A stretch of 64,000 bases of DNA, taken from NCBI GenBank assembly GCA_951406725.2, contig OX597825.1, positions 1,302,001 through 1,366,000 on the forward strand, given 5' to 3'. Origin of the DNA: Octopus vulgaris. Its lineage: Eukaryota. Position 1 is the stretch's first letter; each line of letters begins with the position of its first letter. A program made the translations under genes and the position numbers. Shown one piece after another: positions 13,593-25,788 of this stretch. The notes beneath the pieces are model-generated. The model had not been told where the DNA came from. It saw nothing but the letters and a program-made list of their open reading frames with translations, and searched no databases.

Positions 13593-14336
13593 GCTAGTAT
13601 GCTCTGCTGGATGTGTAATGTTAGTGTGCATACACGACAGAGCATAAGTGCTCTGAGAAAAAAGTGGGACATCAGAAGCATTAGATATGGTGTATAAGAG
13701 AGACGGCTGCACTAGTATGGCCATGTGTTATGTATGGATGAGGACAACTGTGTGAAGAAGTGTCACCTTCTAACAGTAGAGGGAACCTGTGGAAGAGGTA
13801 GAACCAGGAAGACCTAAGATGAGGTGGTGAAGCATGACCTTCAAATGTTGTGCCTCATAGAGGCAATGACAAGCAACCGAGACCCTTGGAGAAATGCTGT
13901 GCTTCAGAAGACCTGGCAAGTCAAGTGAGATCATAGCCATGGCCTATGCCAGTGTCACATAACCGGCCCATTCAAGAGTGCCCTTCAATCATCTGGCAAT
14001 ATGCTGTGCTTGAGAAGACCTGCTGAGTCAAGTGAAATCACTGTTGTGGTCGAGGCCAGTAGTGCCTGACTGGCACTTGTACCGGTGGTACATAAAAAGC
14101 ACCATTCAAGCATGGTTGACGCCAGTGCCGCTGGACTGGCTCCTATGCTGGTGGTACATAAAAAGTACCCACTACACTCTCGGAGTGGTTATCGTTTGGA
14201 AGGGCATTCAGCTGTAGAAACCTTGCCAGATCAGATTGGAGCCTGGTGCAGCCTCTTGGCTTGTCAGTCCTCAATAAAACCGTCCAACCCATGTCAGCAT
14301 GGAAAGTAGACATTAAACAATGATGATGATGATGAT
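13590..14336 (+). mobile_element. Second 5'-truncated RTE-clade LINE with complete 3' end and (GAT)n tail
   Basis: EASMLCWMCNVSVH...RRLH*YGHVLCMDEDNCVKKC...GRGRTRKT*DEVVKHDL with in-frame stops. Ends GACATTAAACAATGATGATGATGATGAT. Confidence 0.9.
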
Positions 14337-17300
14337 ATATTACACACATAAATTCTTTGCATTGGTAGGGTTTTCTTATACCTATATTTCTATTAAAAAA
14401 CTATCTTCAGAAATACCCTGTATACTTCAGCTTCCTAATTCACACAAAGCCAGTTTCTTGACGCTATCTATCAGCTATTTTTATTCAATTTTCAGCCTCT
14501 TTGGAAAATGAAAAAATAAATTTTGAACTTTGATCAGTTAACGAATTGTTGGATTCATGCCATAAAATACCATCAACACCAATGCTGTCAGACTAGAAAA
14601 GAGAAAATTTCATTTCCCCTTTGGGGCCAGACATGAAAAGTTGTTTAAAATAATGCTCTTTTGTAAAAGATTTTTTAAGGTGAAAATTTAAGATATTGGA
14701 AAAAATATATCTTTGCATTGTTAAAGCATCCTCACATCTACATTTCTACTTGAAAACAATGCTTCGAAAATAGCTTATTTTTTGGGGTTTTTATATATAT
14801 TTATGTATATCTGTTTATACATAGATATATGAGTATGTGTGCGTGTGTAACTGTGTGAGATTTTATTTCTGGTGGGAAGAAGCGAAAAGCTGGTTTGAAA
14901 ATTTGCATCAGACTGAACGCCATTAAAGGCACTCAATAATCAGATGGTGGTGCTAAATTAGGCAATCGTTTAAATCTACCATCCCCACAGATCTATCGAC
15001 TTTCTTTCACATAAATTTGGTTAGTTTGAGTGGGCCTGTATGAGCGGAAGTTTGCTATTATTTTAGTTAAGGGTCCAGAGAGCCAAGGAGAGTGGGAGCT
15101 GTGACTAGAAGGATTACTACCCTGGGTTCCAGAAGTAGCTTAGTTGCATTTGGCCAAATTTCTCTCACAAACCCTAGACCTGAGATTATAATAAAATACC
15201 CTCGCTTAAGCATAGTAGGACAGCTCAAAACATTGGTGAAAAAACTAAGAAACTTGTGATTTACAACAGAGATATCTTGTGTGGTCTTTTTTCTGCCCAA
15301 GTTACATAAAGAATCCCTTGTTATTCTCATTACCAGAAATACAGTGAAGCAGTCATTGGCCAGTTGGAAACTGAAAACAAACAGTGTTGTTGTTCATAGA
15401 ATGCAATATAAAACTCACAAAAGTAAAAGTAAACCAAAACTAGAATGTGAACAATCTGAGCAAAGTGATTTGAGAGCTTTAGTCCGTAGCTGACCACAGA
15501 GCAGGAGGCAAGACACACGACCAGCCAAAGGCCCACTTATCAATTATAAATTGTAATGACTACAATAAGAACTTGTTCTTACTCTGATTTTCTTTATATA
15601 TAAAGCTAAGAATGTTGGGGCCATTTTTAGACCATGGTGGCTTCAACATTGCACCATTGACAGGATGTGGATCACTGGTTGTTTGTAGGATCTACGAAAA
15701 CTAATGAATGTCTGTGTTGGCAAATAATCAGTAGTAATCCTTTAAAAGTGGAATGAATTAACTTGTCTCAATATCGTTAGTACGATGAGAAAACATTTTT
15801 ATGAGTTAGACAGACCTACCTAAAATATTAATGATTTACTCTTCTTCCCAACAAATGAAACTATTCCTATTCAACCGGTTATATTTATTCTTGATTGTTC
15901 CAACCATCTTTTATTTGTTGATTCTTTAATGCCATTCTAATGTTAGAAGTTGAGATTTAGATAAAAAGCCCCTATCATCACTTTGTTTTGACCTAAAACG
16001 TTGTGAATGAATAGGGCTGGATAACAGAACAAATACAGTATTAGCATGCATTTGTATATGTGAACATGTGGAGTTAGTCATGAGCAAGAGGTTGACGAAG
16101 TTTGCTTTGAAATTATGTGGCCCTGAATTCAATCTATTTCTTGAAAAAACATAGTCAAGATTTGACTCATGCTTTGTGAATAAAGTTGGATATATGGAAC
16201 TATGCAGGGATTGTGCACACACTCACAATGTGCCTGCAAGTCCACTGCATGGATTTAGAGGTGCAGGTACTCTGTCTGATATATGTCACACGCTGTATGA
16301 TGCTAATTCTGAGTATTACATTAAGAGTAGAAGTGTATGTGGAATACTCAGCCACTTATATATATCAATACAATCTATAGGTAGTTCAGTTGATCAAGTG
16401 ATTACAATATTTAATCACAAGATTGAAAGAAATGTATTTTATTTTACATGTGTATACGTAGAGCTACATGTGCATGTGTAGATGTGGGTGGGTGGGTGCC
16501 AGATCATGCTGAACTAAAGTCCGTTACTAAAACGAGACGGATGACAGAATGCCTGAATTAAACTGCAAAGCACAGACACAACAGGAAGTCTTTCACTTTT
16601 TAGTGAAACCACACAAGAGTTTTGAAATATCGTTACCAGGAAGAAATAATCTTTTGAAGACAAAGAGTGAAAACATGTTGTCTCAAGAATAATTTTTTGG
16701 TATTTCAGAAAATTCCTGTGGATTTTGCTGAATAACTAATGTTAGTCTTAAACAAAGAGACATACGACATAGTAGTGAAGAAACAAAAGTTTAATGGCAA
16801 CCGAAAAGTTCAGATGTAAGGCACCAGATATACCATGATTCAGTTTTATGCAAAAGCACATAATGGATGGTTGACATTCTGTATGGCCTTCACTTCACTG
16901 GAGAAGTTTTGTGCATGTTCCATCCAGTCGGCTGCTCAGTCTGTGTTAACAAGTTTATTAGGATTGCAGAGAAAGCAAGCAAAAATAGATTTTGTCAATA
17001 CCAAGTTATTTTCTGAATAAGACTAAAGCATGTTTGGAACTGTGTCTGATACTTGCCAGACAGAATAATTAAATTTTCTACGAGTGTACAATATTGTACA
17101 ATTATTTAGTGATTTTTGCATCACTACTTTGACAAATGCAGTGAAGTTTATGCTTTGATAAAAAGACCTAAGTTCAAAACATGTCCTGTGTTCTCTCTCA
17201 TATTTGCTGAAGAAATGAAAACGATATTAGTAATTGAAAAATATTGCCTTTTCCTCACCAGATAATTGTTTCTAGCTAAAATTTTGAAGATTCTCTCTGC

Positions 17301-17384
17301 ATTAATATCCTAACACTGATTTAAATTCTTTTTTTTTCAAAGTGGGTGTCACATTGGGTAATTTATTCTCCAAAAATATGCCTC

Positions 17385-17700
17385 TTTGGTTGTTTGGTAT
17401 GAAGGTTACTTCACAAACACATGGTTCTGGTTTCAGTCTCACCGTGTGGCACATTGGGCAAGTAGCTTCTACTATAACTTCAGGCTGACTAAAGCCTTAT
17501 GAGTGGATTTGATGAGCGTGTGTCTTTGTGTCTGTTCCCCAAGACTACTTGACAACCAGTGTTAGTATGTTTACATCCCTGTGACTTAGTGGTTCAATGA
17601 AAGAGATTGAGATAATAAACACCAGGCTTTAAAAAATAACATAAGTGCTGGGGTTGAGTTGTTCAACAAAAATTCCCCAAGGCAGGGACCAAAACAAAAG
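17385..17700 (+). mobile_element. Diverged tRNA-derived CORE-type SINE
   Basis: CACATGGTTCTGGTTTCAGTCTC...GGCACATTGGGCAAGT...GAGTGGATTTG...GATAGAAT/ATAAGTGCTGGGGTTGA, collinear with 27247-27750. Confidence 0.65.
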
Positions 17701-18104
17701 AAACGTCTCCTTCGAGTCACACCCCCACCACTGGCAACAGTTTACAAATCTTCTCCTCCATGCTTGCTGGTCTATAACAAAGGACTCCCAGTAATCTCAA
17801 TCCAAAATATTTACATTCAAAAGACACGTACATTTGCTATTACTTACTCCCCCAAACAAGTTGTCTTTATATTTGCATCACTCAGAGATGCTGTCTCTTG
17901 ATGAAAGAAGCAACAGCAGTTAGATTAGCATCAAGGCATTGCTTTGAAAGACAAGATCAGGAATACCAGTATCTTAGAGAAAAACCATCTTCCTGGGTGT
18001 AGACGACCTTGCTGTGGCTTAGGCTTGTTCAGATAATGAAGAAAACTTATCTATCAAGACAAGTACCCTATTCACTGTTGGCTAAGCACAAAAAGGGATC
18101 AAGA

Positions 18105-18432
18105 CCCCCTTCAGTCATGAATGACCTTGGGATTGCACCTAGAAAGTTCCCCTCTGAGGCACAATTCCAGGCAAGGTTGTTTATGGAAGACTGCCAGTTG
18201 CCCATGCATACCAGCCTCCCCTCTCTATGCCATTGAAGTTATCCAAGGGAAAGGTAAAGGGGTCAATACAGCTTGGCATCAGTCACATTGCAACTCATTT
18301 CTACAGATGAGTGAACTGGAGGAACATGAAATAAAGTGTCTTGCTCAAGAACACAACACACAGCCCGGTCTGGGATTCAAACTTACTACCTCATGATTGT
18401 GAGTACGACACTAACTACTGAGCCTTGTGCAT
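18105..18432 (-). mobile_element. tRNA-derived SINE (second CORE-like family)
   Basis: Minus strand GGCTCAGTAGTTAG (A box), GTTTGAATCCC (B box), GTGTTCTTGAGCAAGACACTTTA (CORE-like). A related 5' fragment lies at ~42605-42712 (+). Confidence 0.65.
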
Positions 18433-18632
18433 GAAGGCAAATATTGACTGAGAAACAAGAAACAAGGATGTGGTCAAATACAAAATGAAGAGAATAAACA
18501 TTGCTACCCACAGCGGCTCATAACAGAAGCGTGTGGGAGGAGAGCAGCAGTCCACTTCGGACACTGGGCACCATGGCTTTACATAATCGACTCTCATCAT
18601 TGATATCAATAGTCAGCCCATCATCTTATACA

Positions 18633-18985
18633 GTCATAGAACTGTGGCCATGCTGGGGCACAGTCTTGAAGGATTCAGTCAAATAAATCAATCTTGGTAC
18701 TTATCTTTCTTTTCCAAGGTTGGTGCTTATGCCATCAGTCTCTTTTGCCAAACTGCTAAGTTACAGAAACATAAACAAACCAACACAAGTGGTAGAAGGA
18801 GGAACACACACAAATATATAATGGGCTTCTACATAGTTTCCATCAATCAAATTCACTCATAAGGTATTGGTCAATCAGGGGATATAACAGAAAACCCTTG
18901 CTCAAGGTGATGGGTGGTGCTGGGCCCCAGAACCAGGTGGTTGCAAAACAAGCTTCTTAACCCCTATAACCACACCTGTGCCTAT
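18633..18985 (-). mobile_element. Diverged tRNA-derived CORE-type SINE
   Basis: Collinear with 855-1210 and with the reverse complement of 27247-27750. Confidence 0.65.
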
Positions 18986-19826
18986 GATAATGATAATTTA
19001 GGACAATTCCACTGAGCTGATATCGACATGCTATCACCTGAGTTGGTATCTTGAGATATTTTCATGTAATTGCAAAACAGGTTCACTTTCTGGCTAGCAG
19101 ATAGATAGTTTTGATGGTAACCCATGAGGTGTGGTATATTCCACTCTTTCCTCACCAAAATCTCAGAAGCCTTGTAGTAAGGGCAGAAGCACTCAAATCA
19201 CTCTGATGCAGCCACAAACAGAAAAAAATAAATGATTGATTTCAACTACAGAATATTAGTGTAGTTATTCATATCGCTAGAAACAGCAGCCAAATCTCTC
19301 AATTTACACTCCAGTATCATTAAAAAGAAAAAAAAGAAGGACAACTGGATATTGCAAGCTGAGACAAACCATTTTTGAATAATATGGTTGTGATGAAGAT
19401 TCTTTTGATCATGCATTTGCTTGGTCAGGGTTGACCGAATGCTGATCCAGGGCTAAACCACAACAAACAACTCAATGGAAATGTCTTATATTCTGAGAAA
19501 TCAGTTTTGTTTCATAAGACATTTAAAATATGCTTATTTTTCTTAATGTTGAATTCTTGGCATTTATGCATGATATCTTTAGAAGATGAAGTTACCATAT
19601 AACAAATTGAATAACAAATTCCATAAGTTTTTGCTGTTGTTTAACCCAAGGACAGTTCTGATTTGGGCGGATCAAGTATCATTTTATCAGTGATAAACCT
19701 GTGCATTTTAAGAGAAGGGTGGTTCAGTACAGGTTTTGATTTTATAACCAGGTTATTGATCCAAGTGGTGGAAATTACGAATAACCTATTTTTAAAATGT
19801 GATTTAAAGAAGACTAGCTTCTATTA

Positions 19827-22226
19827 CATTGATCAACAAAGAATTTGTCCCAAGAAACAGAATACCTGTATCATATGTTTATGCATGTAGAATTCAAAAA
19901 TGTCAAGTTTTCTGTATCCCCTACAGTTTCTCTTTTCTGCGGTATCCCTCTCAGTTCCTGTTACATGGGCTAAATTTCAGTTAAGCTGTTGAAATGTGAA
20001 CGGTTTAAGAAATACTCCTAATTCAAATGTTTAAGAATAGAATTAACTTAATGAAATCATTAATCTAGCTATCAGAGTCAATGAGTCACTGAAGCTTAAC
20101 AACACTGAGTCAATGAATCACCGATGCTTTGTCAGTACTGTGCTTGAAGTGGAGTACTGACCTTGAATGGAATATGCCAAGAAATTGTATAAACAAACTG
20201 TATAAACTGTATAAATGCCAAGAAACTGTATAAACATCGCAAACAACTTTTGCTATATTTGCAGTGACTTAACATTCAAATCACAAAGACAGCATTTCCC
20301 GTCATTGATTAAAAATTGCTATAAGCATTATTTTGACTGCAAAGTGGGTGACCAGGATAAAAGCTGGGCCCCTTATGCATGTTGTGTAACATGTGTCAGG
20401 CTTCTCACTGCATGGGCCAAAGGCTTACACCATATGCCTTTTGGCATCCCTATGATTTGGAGAGAGCCCAAAGATCACACTTTAGATTGCTACTTCTGCC
20501 TGACGAATATACAGGTATAACATCAAAATCCAAGCAGACTGCAAAATATCCTAATTTACAATCTGCTATGAGATCAGTAGTTCACAGTCAACCCTTACCT
20601 GTACCTGACCCTCCAAAACAAATGACAGTAACAGTGAGAAAGAAGCAGAAGCCATGGACTTTGAGCTTGACTGTTCTTCAAGTGAACCATATTTGTTGAG
20701 TCAGGGAGATCTGAACAATGTTGTGCGGGGGTTTAAACTTGTCGAAAAAGCAAGCTGAACTTCTTGGTTCCAGGTTAAAGGGCTGGAATCCTCTCCAGAG
20801 AGAGAACAAAGTTTTTATCGTTCTCGGCATTGTGATTGTGCAAATTTTTTCTCACTTGAGGATGGTGTTTTGTAATGAAGTGTAGTCTGTTATGGACAAA
20901 CTTAACCACAAGTATGGCACGAATGAGTGGCGTTTGTTTATTGACTCCTCAAAAGTAAGCCTGAAAGCAGTTTACTCCACAATGGAAATTAGTTTCTTTC
21001 TGTTCTTCTGGCCCATGCAGCTAACATGAAGGACACATATGAGATTATGAAGTTTCTGTTGCAAAAAGTTAATAGGAAGAACAAAAGTGGAATATTTATG
21101 GTAACCCAAAGGTTGTGGTACTTGTACTTGGAATGCAGCTGGGTTACACCAAGTTTGGTTGCTTTCTCTGAGAGTGGGACACTAAGGATAAGAAAAATCA
21201 TTATGAAAAGAATGTGTGGCTGGAATGATCTCTGACTTCCGGACAGAAGAATATCTTCAATCCTCCCCTTAGTGATTCTGAGAAAATTTATCTACCTCCT
21301 TTGCATATTAAGCTAGGGTTGGTGAAGAATTTCGTCAAAGGTATGGAGAGAACTGACAAAGGATTTGTGTATTTGAAAACTGAATTTCCAAGAGTAAGTA
21401 ACATAAAAATCAAGGAAAGTATTTTTGTTGGGCCACAGATTAGGGAGCTGATGAGAGCCCAAAAGTTTGATGAAGAGCCCAATGATGTTGAAAAAGCTGC
21501 ATGGCTGTCACTTAAGAAAGTTTACTGAGCGTTTTGGGGAAATGACAGAGCAGAGACCTATTCTGACATTGTGAAAGAGCTATTGACATCACACAAGGCC
21601 TTGGGAAGCAATATGAACCTAAAAGTCCACATCTTGAACTCTCACTTGGACTTTTTCCAAGCAAATTTTGGGGATGTCAGTAACAAACATGGTGAAAGGT
21701 TTCACCAGGACATTCTGAACATGAAGACCTGGTACCAAGGAAAGAGGAGCTCTTCTATGTTGGCTGATTATTGTGGGTCACTAAAAAGGGACATTCCAGA
21801 AGCTAAATAGAGTTGACAATCATACGCTCTATGTTTTAAAGGTAAGTTTCCTTGTAATATCCGCCTGGTTTTTGAATTCATGAAATACAATTGTTTAACA
21901 ACTTATATATGCTATCGCAGAAAAACTATGACTTGAGAAAAATCTGAAAACACACTTGAATTCTGCAGATAAAATGCTATTAAGTTCAACTACTTTTGTT
22001 TGTAGGAGAGAATTTTTCATTAATTCTGTTGAGCAATCATAATTGTCAGTCTTAGTTCTGCATTAATATAGTACATTTATCGTATAATTTAATTACTCTG
22101 TCACATTAAAACCGTGCCAGATAGAAAAATTCTAAAATCAGATTCGAAATCTGTATTAAAAGTACTATAAAGTTCCCTTTCTTTAGTTCATGGGACATGA
22201 AAAAGTTTGAATTTTGTTGACCAGTG
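19827..22226 (+). mobile_element. Chapaev3-like (CMC superfamily) DNA transposon, full-length but inactive
   Basis: Left end CATTGATCAACAAA (19827); right end reverse complement CACTGGTCAACAAA (22226). TTA is duplicated at 19824-19826 and 22227-22229. An internal transposase pseudogene is present. CAC termini with a 3-bp TWA TSD fit Chapaev3. Confidence 0.8.
20215..21846 (+). pseudogene. Disrupted DDE transposase (Chapaev3-type)
   Basis: Cys-rich N-terminus FCYIC...GDQDKSWAPYACCVTC...PMIWREPKDHTLDCYFC; WRLFIDSSKVSLKAVLLHNGN (first D); LPPLHIKLGLVKNFVK; FVGPQIRELM; HLDFFQANFGDVSNKHGERFHQDI (catalytic E). Several stops and frameshifts split it into ORFs 20215, 20379, 21026, 21301 and 21571. 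Confidence 0.88.
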
Positions 22227-23531
22227 TTATTAAAACATTGAGAAATCAAGTAAAAGCTACATCATTGCTGTAGTTGATGTTTTTTTGTTGTAGTTTAACC
22301 CCGAGTCTGCCCAGACCAAGCAGTCTTATAAGCAAAAGAAACCCAGCTGGAAATATCTCTTCATCTTTTTTTTAAATAAGAGCATATCTGAACTGAAACT
22401 CAGAATGTTTAGAGATGAGTTTTTCTAATATTTTTGATGGATTACAATAAATCGCGAGGGCACTCACTCATTATAAATTTTAGTTTTACTATAAGAATCG
22501 TATTACACATTCCTAAATTCTTCTCCAATGTTATTACATGGAATTCAATGTATTTGTTAATTCTTAGAATTCTCTAGAATTCTTCATGAAATTGATTTTT
22601 GACAATATGTATTGAGAAAATTGCTTGAAATATGAGATTCTGAAGGTCCAGGCCATTAGTGTGTGATATTTCAGAAGTGGAAAGAAACGGTAAAAGAATG
22701 ATTTAGACACACACAAAACTAAATTTACAATTTCATATATGCTAAAGGGAATTATATCAGAGGACATATTTTCATAAAATGGAAGTGATAGTCACATATC
22801 CTCCAGTGACATGATTAAAATCTCCACATGCAAGATGACAGAATATATATATGTGATTTTAGATAAAAACGCACAGTTGTATAGGCATACAAACTGATAG
22901 ACAGACAGATAGAGCATGAAAAGCAAAAATAAGAGAGGGCTTATTCAAAAGGTTTGAAGAAACCTCAAGAGGTGAAAACTGAAGTCAACTCGGAATTTGT
23001 ATGTCTAATAAATTTCAGTTTACCATCATTATTGAGTCCTGCCTTCAATAAATCATTGTCGTTATTTGTCACTTAACAACTCTAACAATAATATGTGAGA
23101 GTGTATAATTAAAAATATGAAACCCATGTATGTAAATATATACAACTATATAGATGTATGCTTATACATACACACAGATATACATTTAAGCAGACACTCT
23201 TTTTTTAGTTCTAAAGGCAATGCAGGATGTGTGAAACTATTAGTAGCTTATACCTATATACTGTGTACATTAAACTATATCTATGTAAACACACACCACA
23301 TACATACATATTCTTTTACTTGATTCAGTCATTTGACTGTCGCCATACTGGAGCACTGCCTTGAGGTTATATATATATATATATATAAAATAAAAACTTG
23401 GAGAAGAGAAATAACGCGTGCATTCAGTCATATAATAATATAAATAAATAAAATATATGCATATATATGCATGTATATATACATGTAGATGTAAGTATGT
23501 ACATATATGTATGTATATATGCATATATATA

Positions 23532-23696
23532 GGCGCAGGAGTGGCTGTGTGGTAAGTAGCTTGCTAACCAACCACATGGTTCTGGGTTCAGTCCCACTGC
23601 GTGGCATCTTGGGCAAGTGTCTTCTGCTATAGCCCCGGGCCGACCAATGCCTTGTGAGTGGATTTGGTAGACGGAAACTGAAAGAAGCCTGTCGTA

Positions 23697-23743
<47 letters not shown>

Positions 23744-23870
23744 TTGTGTTCTGTGTTTGACCCCTAGCATTGCTTGACAACTGATGCTGGTGTGTTTATG
23801 TCCCCGTCACTTAGCGGTTCAGCAAAAGAGACCGATAGAATAAGTACTGGACTTACAAAGAATAAGTACT
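23532..23870 (+). mobile_element. Young tRNA-derived CORE-type SINE with central (TA)n(TG)n, 3' truncated
   Basis: GGCGCAGGAGTGGCTGTGTGGTAAG (A box), GGTTCAGTCCC (B box), GGCATCTTGGGCAAGTGTCTT. CpGs are retained. It breaks at AATAAGTACT. Confidence 0.88.
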
Positions 23871-24078
23871 GTATGACGCATGTGTACGAACAGCCATGCT
23901 ACATGGCAGTGAAACATGGGCCATGACTGCTGAGGACATGCGTAAGCTTGCAAGGAATTAAGCCAGTCAGCTCGCAAGGAATGAAGCCAGTGTGCTCCGA
24001 TGGATGTGTAATGTCAGTGTGCATACTCAACAGAGTGTAAGTACCTTGAAAGAAAAGTTGGATCTAAGAAGCATCAGT
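23868..24078 (+). mobile_element. RTE LINE post-RT fragment
   Basis: LYDACVRTAMLHGSETWAMTAEDMRKLARN...EASVLRWMCNVSVHTQQSVSTLKEKLDLRSI, homologous to the 12860 and 13590 copies. Has a small internal duplication (GCAAGGAAT.AAGCCAGT x2). Confidence 0.88.
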
Positions 24079-25165
24079 GATTCCTGATGGGCCGGAGGCT
24101 TTCCCTATCTTCATATCCTTAATTGCTTTATCTCCAAGGGTGCTGTCGATTTGGGTAGCTGGTCCCTTAACTGGGTCAACATTGGGCAGGCTCTCCTCCT
24201 CCCATTCATTCTCCACATTCAGCAGTCTTTCATAATGGCATCTCCAAGCATCTTTCTTTGCAGAATCATTAAATGCAAGTGTGCCCTCATCCATGCAGAC
24301 ACATTCCTCTCCTATAACGTCACAATTTTCTTTCACCCACTGTCAAGCAATCCGAAATACTTCAGTTCTTTGGTCCTCATGTCACTGGACATTGGCAAAC
24401 TTCTTCTTTCCTGCTTCTCCCCTGGCTATGTACATCTGTCTCCTAGCTTCCCTTCTGGCTATCTGATACAGTTCCCTGCTACCCAACTCTTCCAGGTCTG
24501 TTTCTTTGTTCTAATGGCCCTGTCTACAGTATTGTTCCACCACCATGTTACCCTAGGGCTGGAAGGGATTTTGCACCAGCTACAGAAAGCTGTCTCACAG
24601 GAACTCCTGGTTGTCTTCTATGTTACAAGTCTCCTCCTCCCTCTCATCAAATTTCTCAATGAGGATGCCCCTAAATCTCTGACCATGTGAAAGGTTCTTA
24701 AGCTTCCAAATCCTTCTTTTCCAGTTTGGTATGCTGCTTGGCATCCTTCTGGCCTCGAGTCTAAACTCACTTATAACTAGTCAATGCTGGGGAGTACGTT
24801 CTTCACCAGGGAGGGTCTTTGTATTTAAGAGCAACCATGCATCCCGCTGTCTGGTGAGAATGAAGTTAATTTGGCTAGCAGAGTCGCCTGATTGATTGGT
24901 TATCAGGTGGCTGGCTGGTTTCCTGAAGTTGGAGTTGCAGATCAATAGATTATTTGCTTCACAGAACTCCAGCAGCCTATTTTCCTCTTTCTTTCAGCAA
25001 CCAATTCCATGGTCCCCATGTACACCATGGAAGATACCAGGTTGCTGTCCGACATGCCCATTCTGACACACCAAAATCTCCAGCCACAAGATGAGATCAC
25101 TGCCACTTGTCTTTGAGGTAGCCTGCAGAAGAATATCATAAGAGTGGTCCTTCTTTTCATTTGGT
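24075..25165 (-). mobile_element. RTE LINE fragment: APE endonuclease C-half and linker up to the start of RT
   Basis: Minus-strand translation (with frameshifts) gives AGDF..NGHVGQ, RLLEFC, FRKPASHLIT, SQINFILT, AWRCHYERLLNVENEW and AIKDMKIGKASGPSGIT. Confidence 0.88.
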
Positions 25166-25730
25166 AGCTATACTATTTTGCATGACTAGCCTGAGTTTAA
25201 GCACTCTATTGCACACACGCACACATATATATATATACACACATAAATATATATATATACACACATATATATATACACACACACACAAATATATACATAC
25301 ATATACATACATACATAATACATACATACATATATATATAGTAAGAATATAATTGAAAATAAATGAAGGGTTGCATGAAAGGTTTGTGAAAGAAGAGCAA
25401 CAAAGATAAATGCGACTGTAAAATGTGGCCTCAATAACATATTTGATTGCTTCATGCAAGGATGGAAAAACCTTTGTAAAAACTAATGGATGATATGTAC
25501 ATCATCATCATCATCAACAACATCTAACTTCTGCTTTCCATGTTGGTATGAGTTGGACAGCTTGAAAGGAAATGGCATGGTCAGGGGCTGCACCAGGTTC
25601 TGTAGTCTGGTTGGGCTTGGATGCTCTTCCTAATGCCAACCACTTACAGAGTGCACCGGGTGGTTTTTATATGACACCATCATCAGAGCATTTTATTTCA
25701 TATATATATGTATGTGTGTGTACATATATA

Positions 25731-25788
<58 letters not shown>

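Noticed and set aside
24151-24690. 179-aa plus-strand ORF
   Set aside because: Antisense shadow of the minus-strand RTE fragment.
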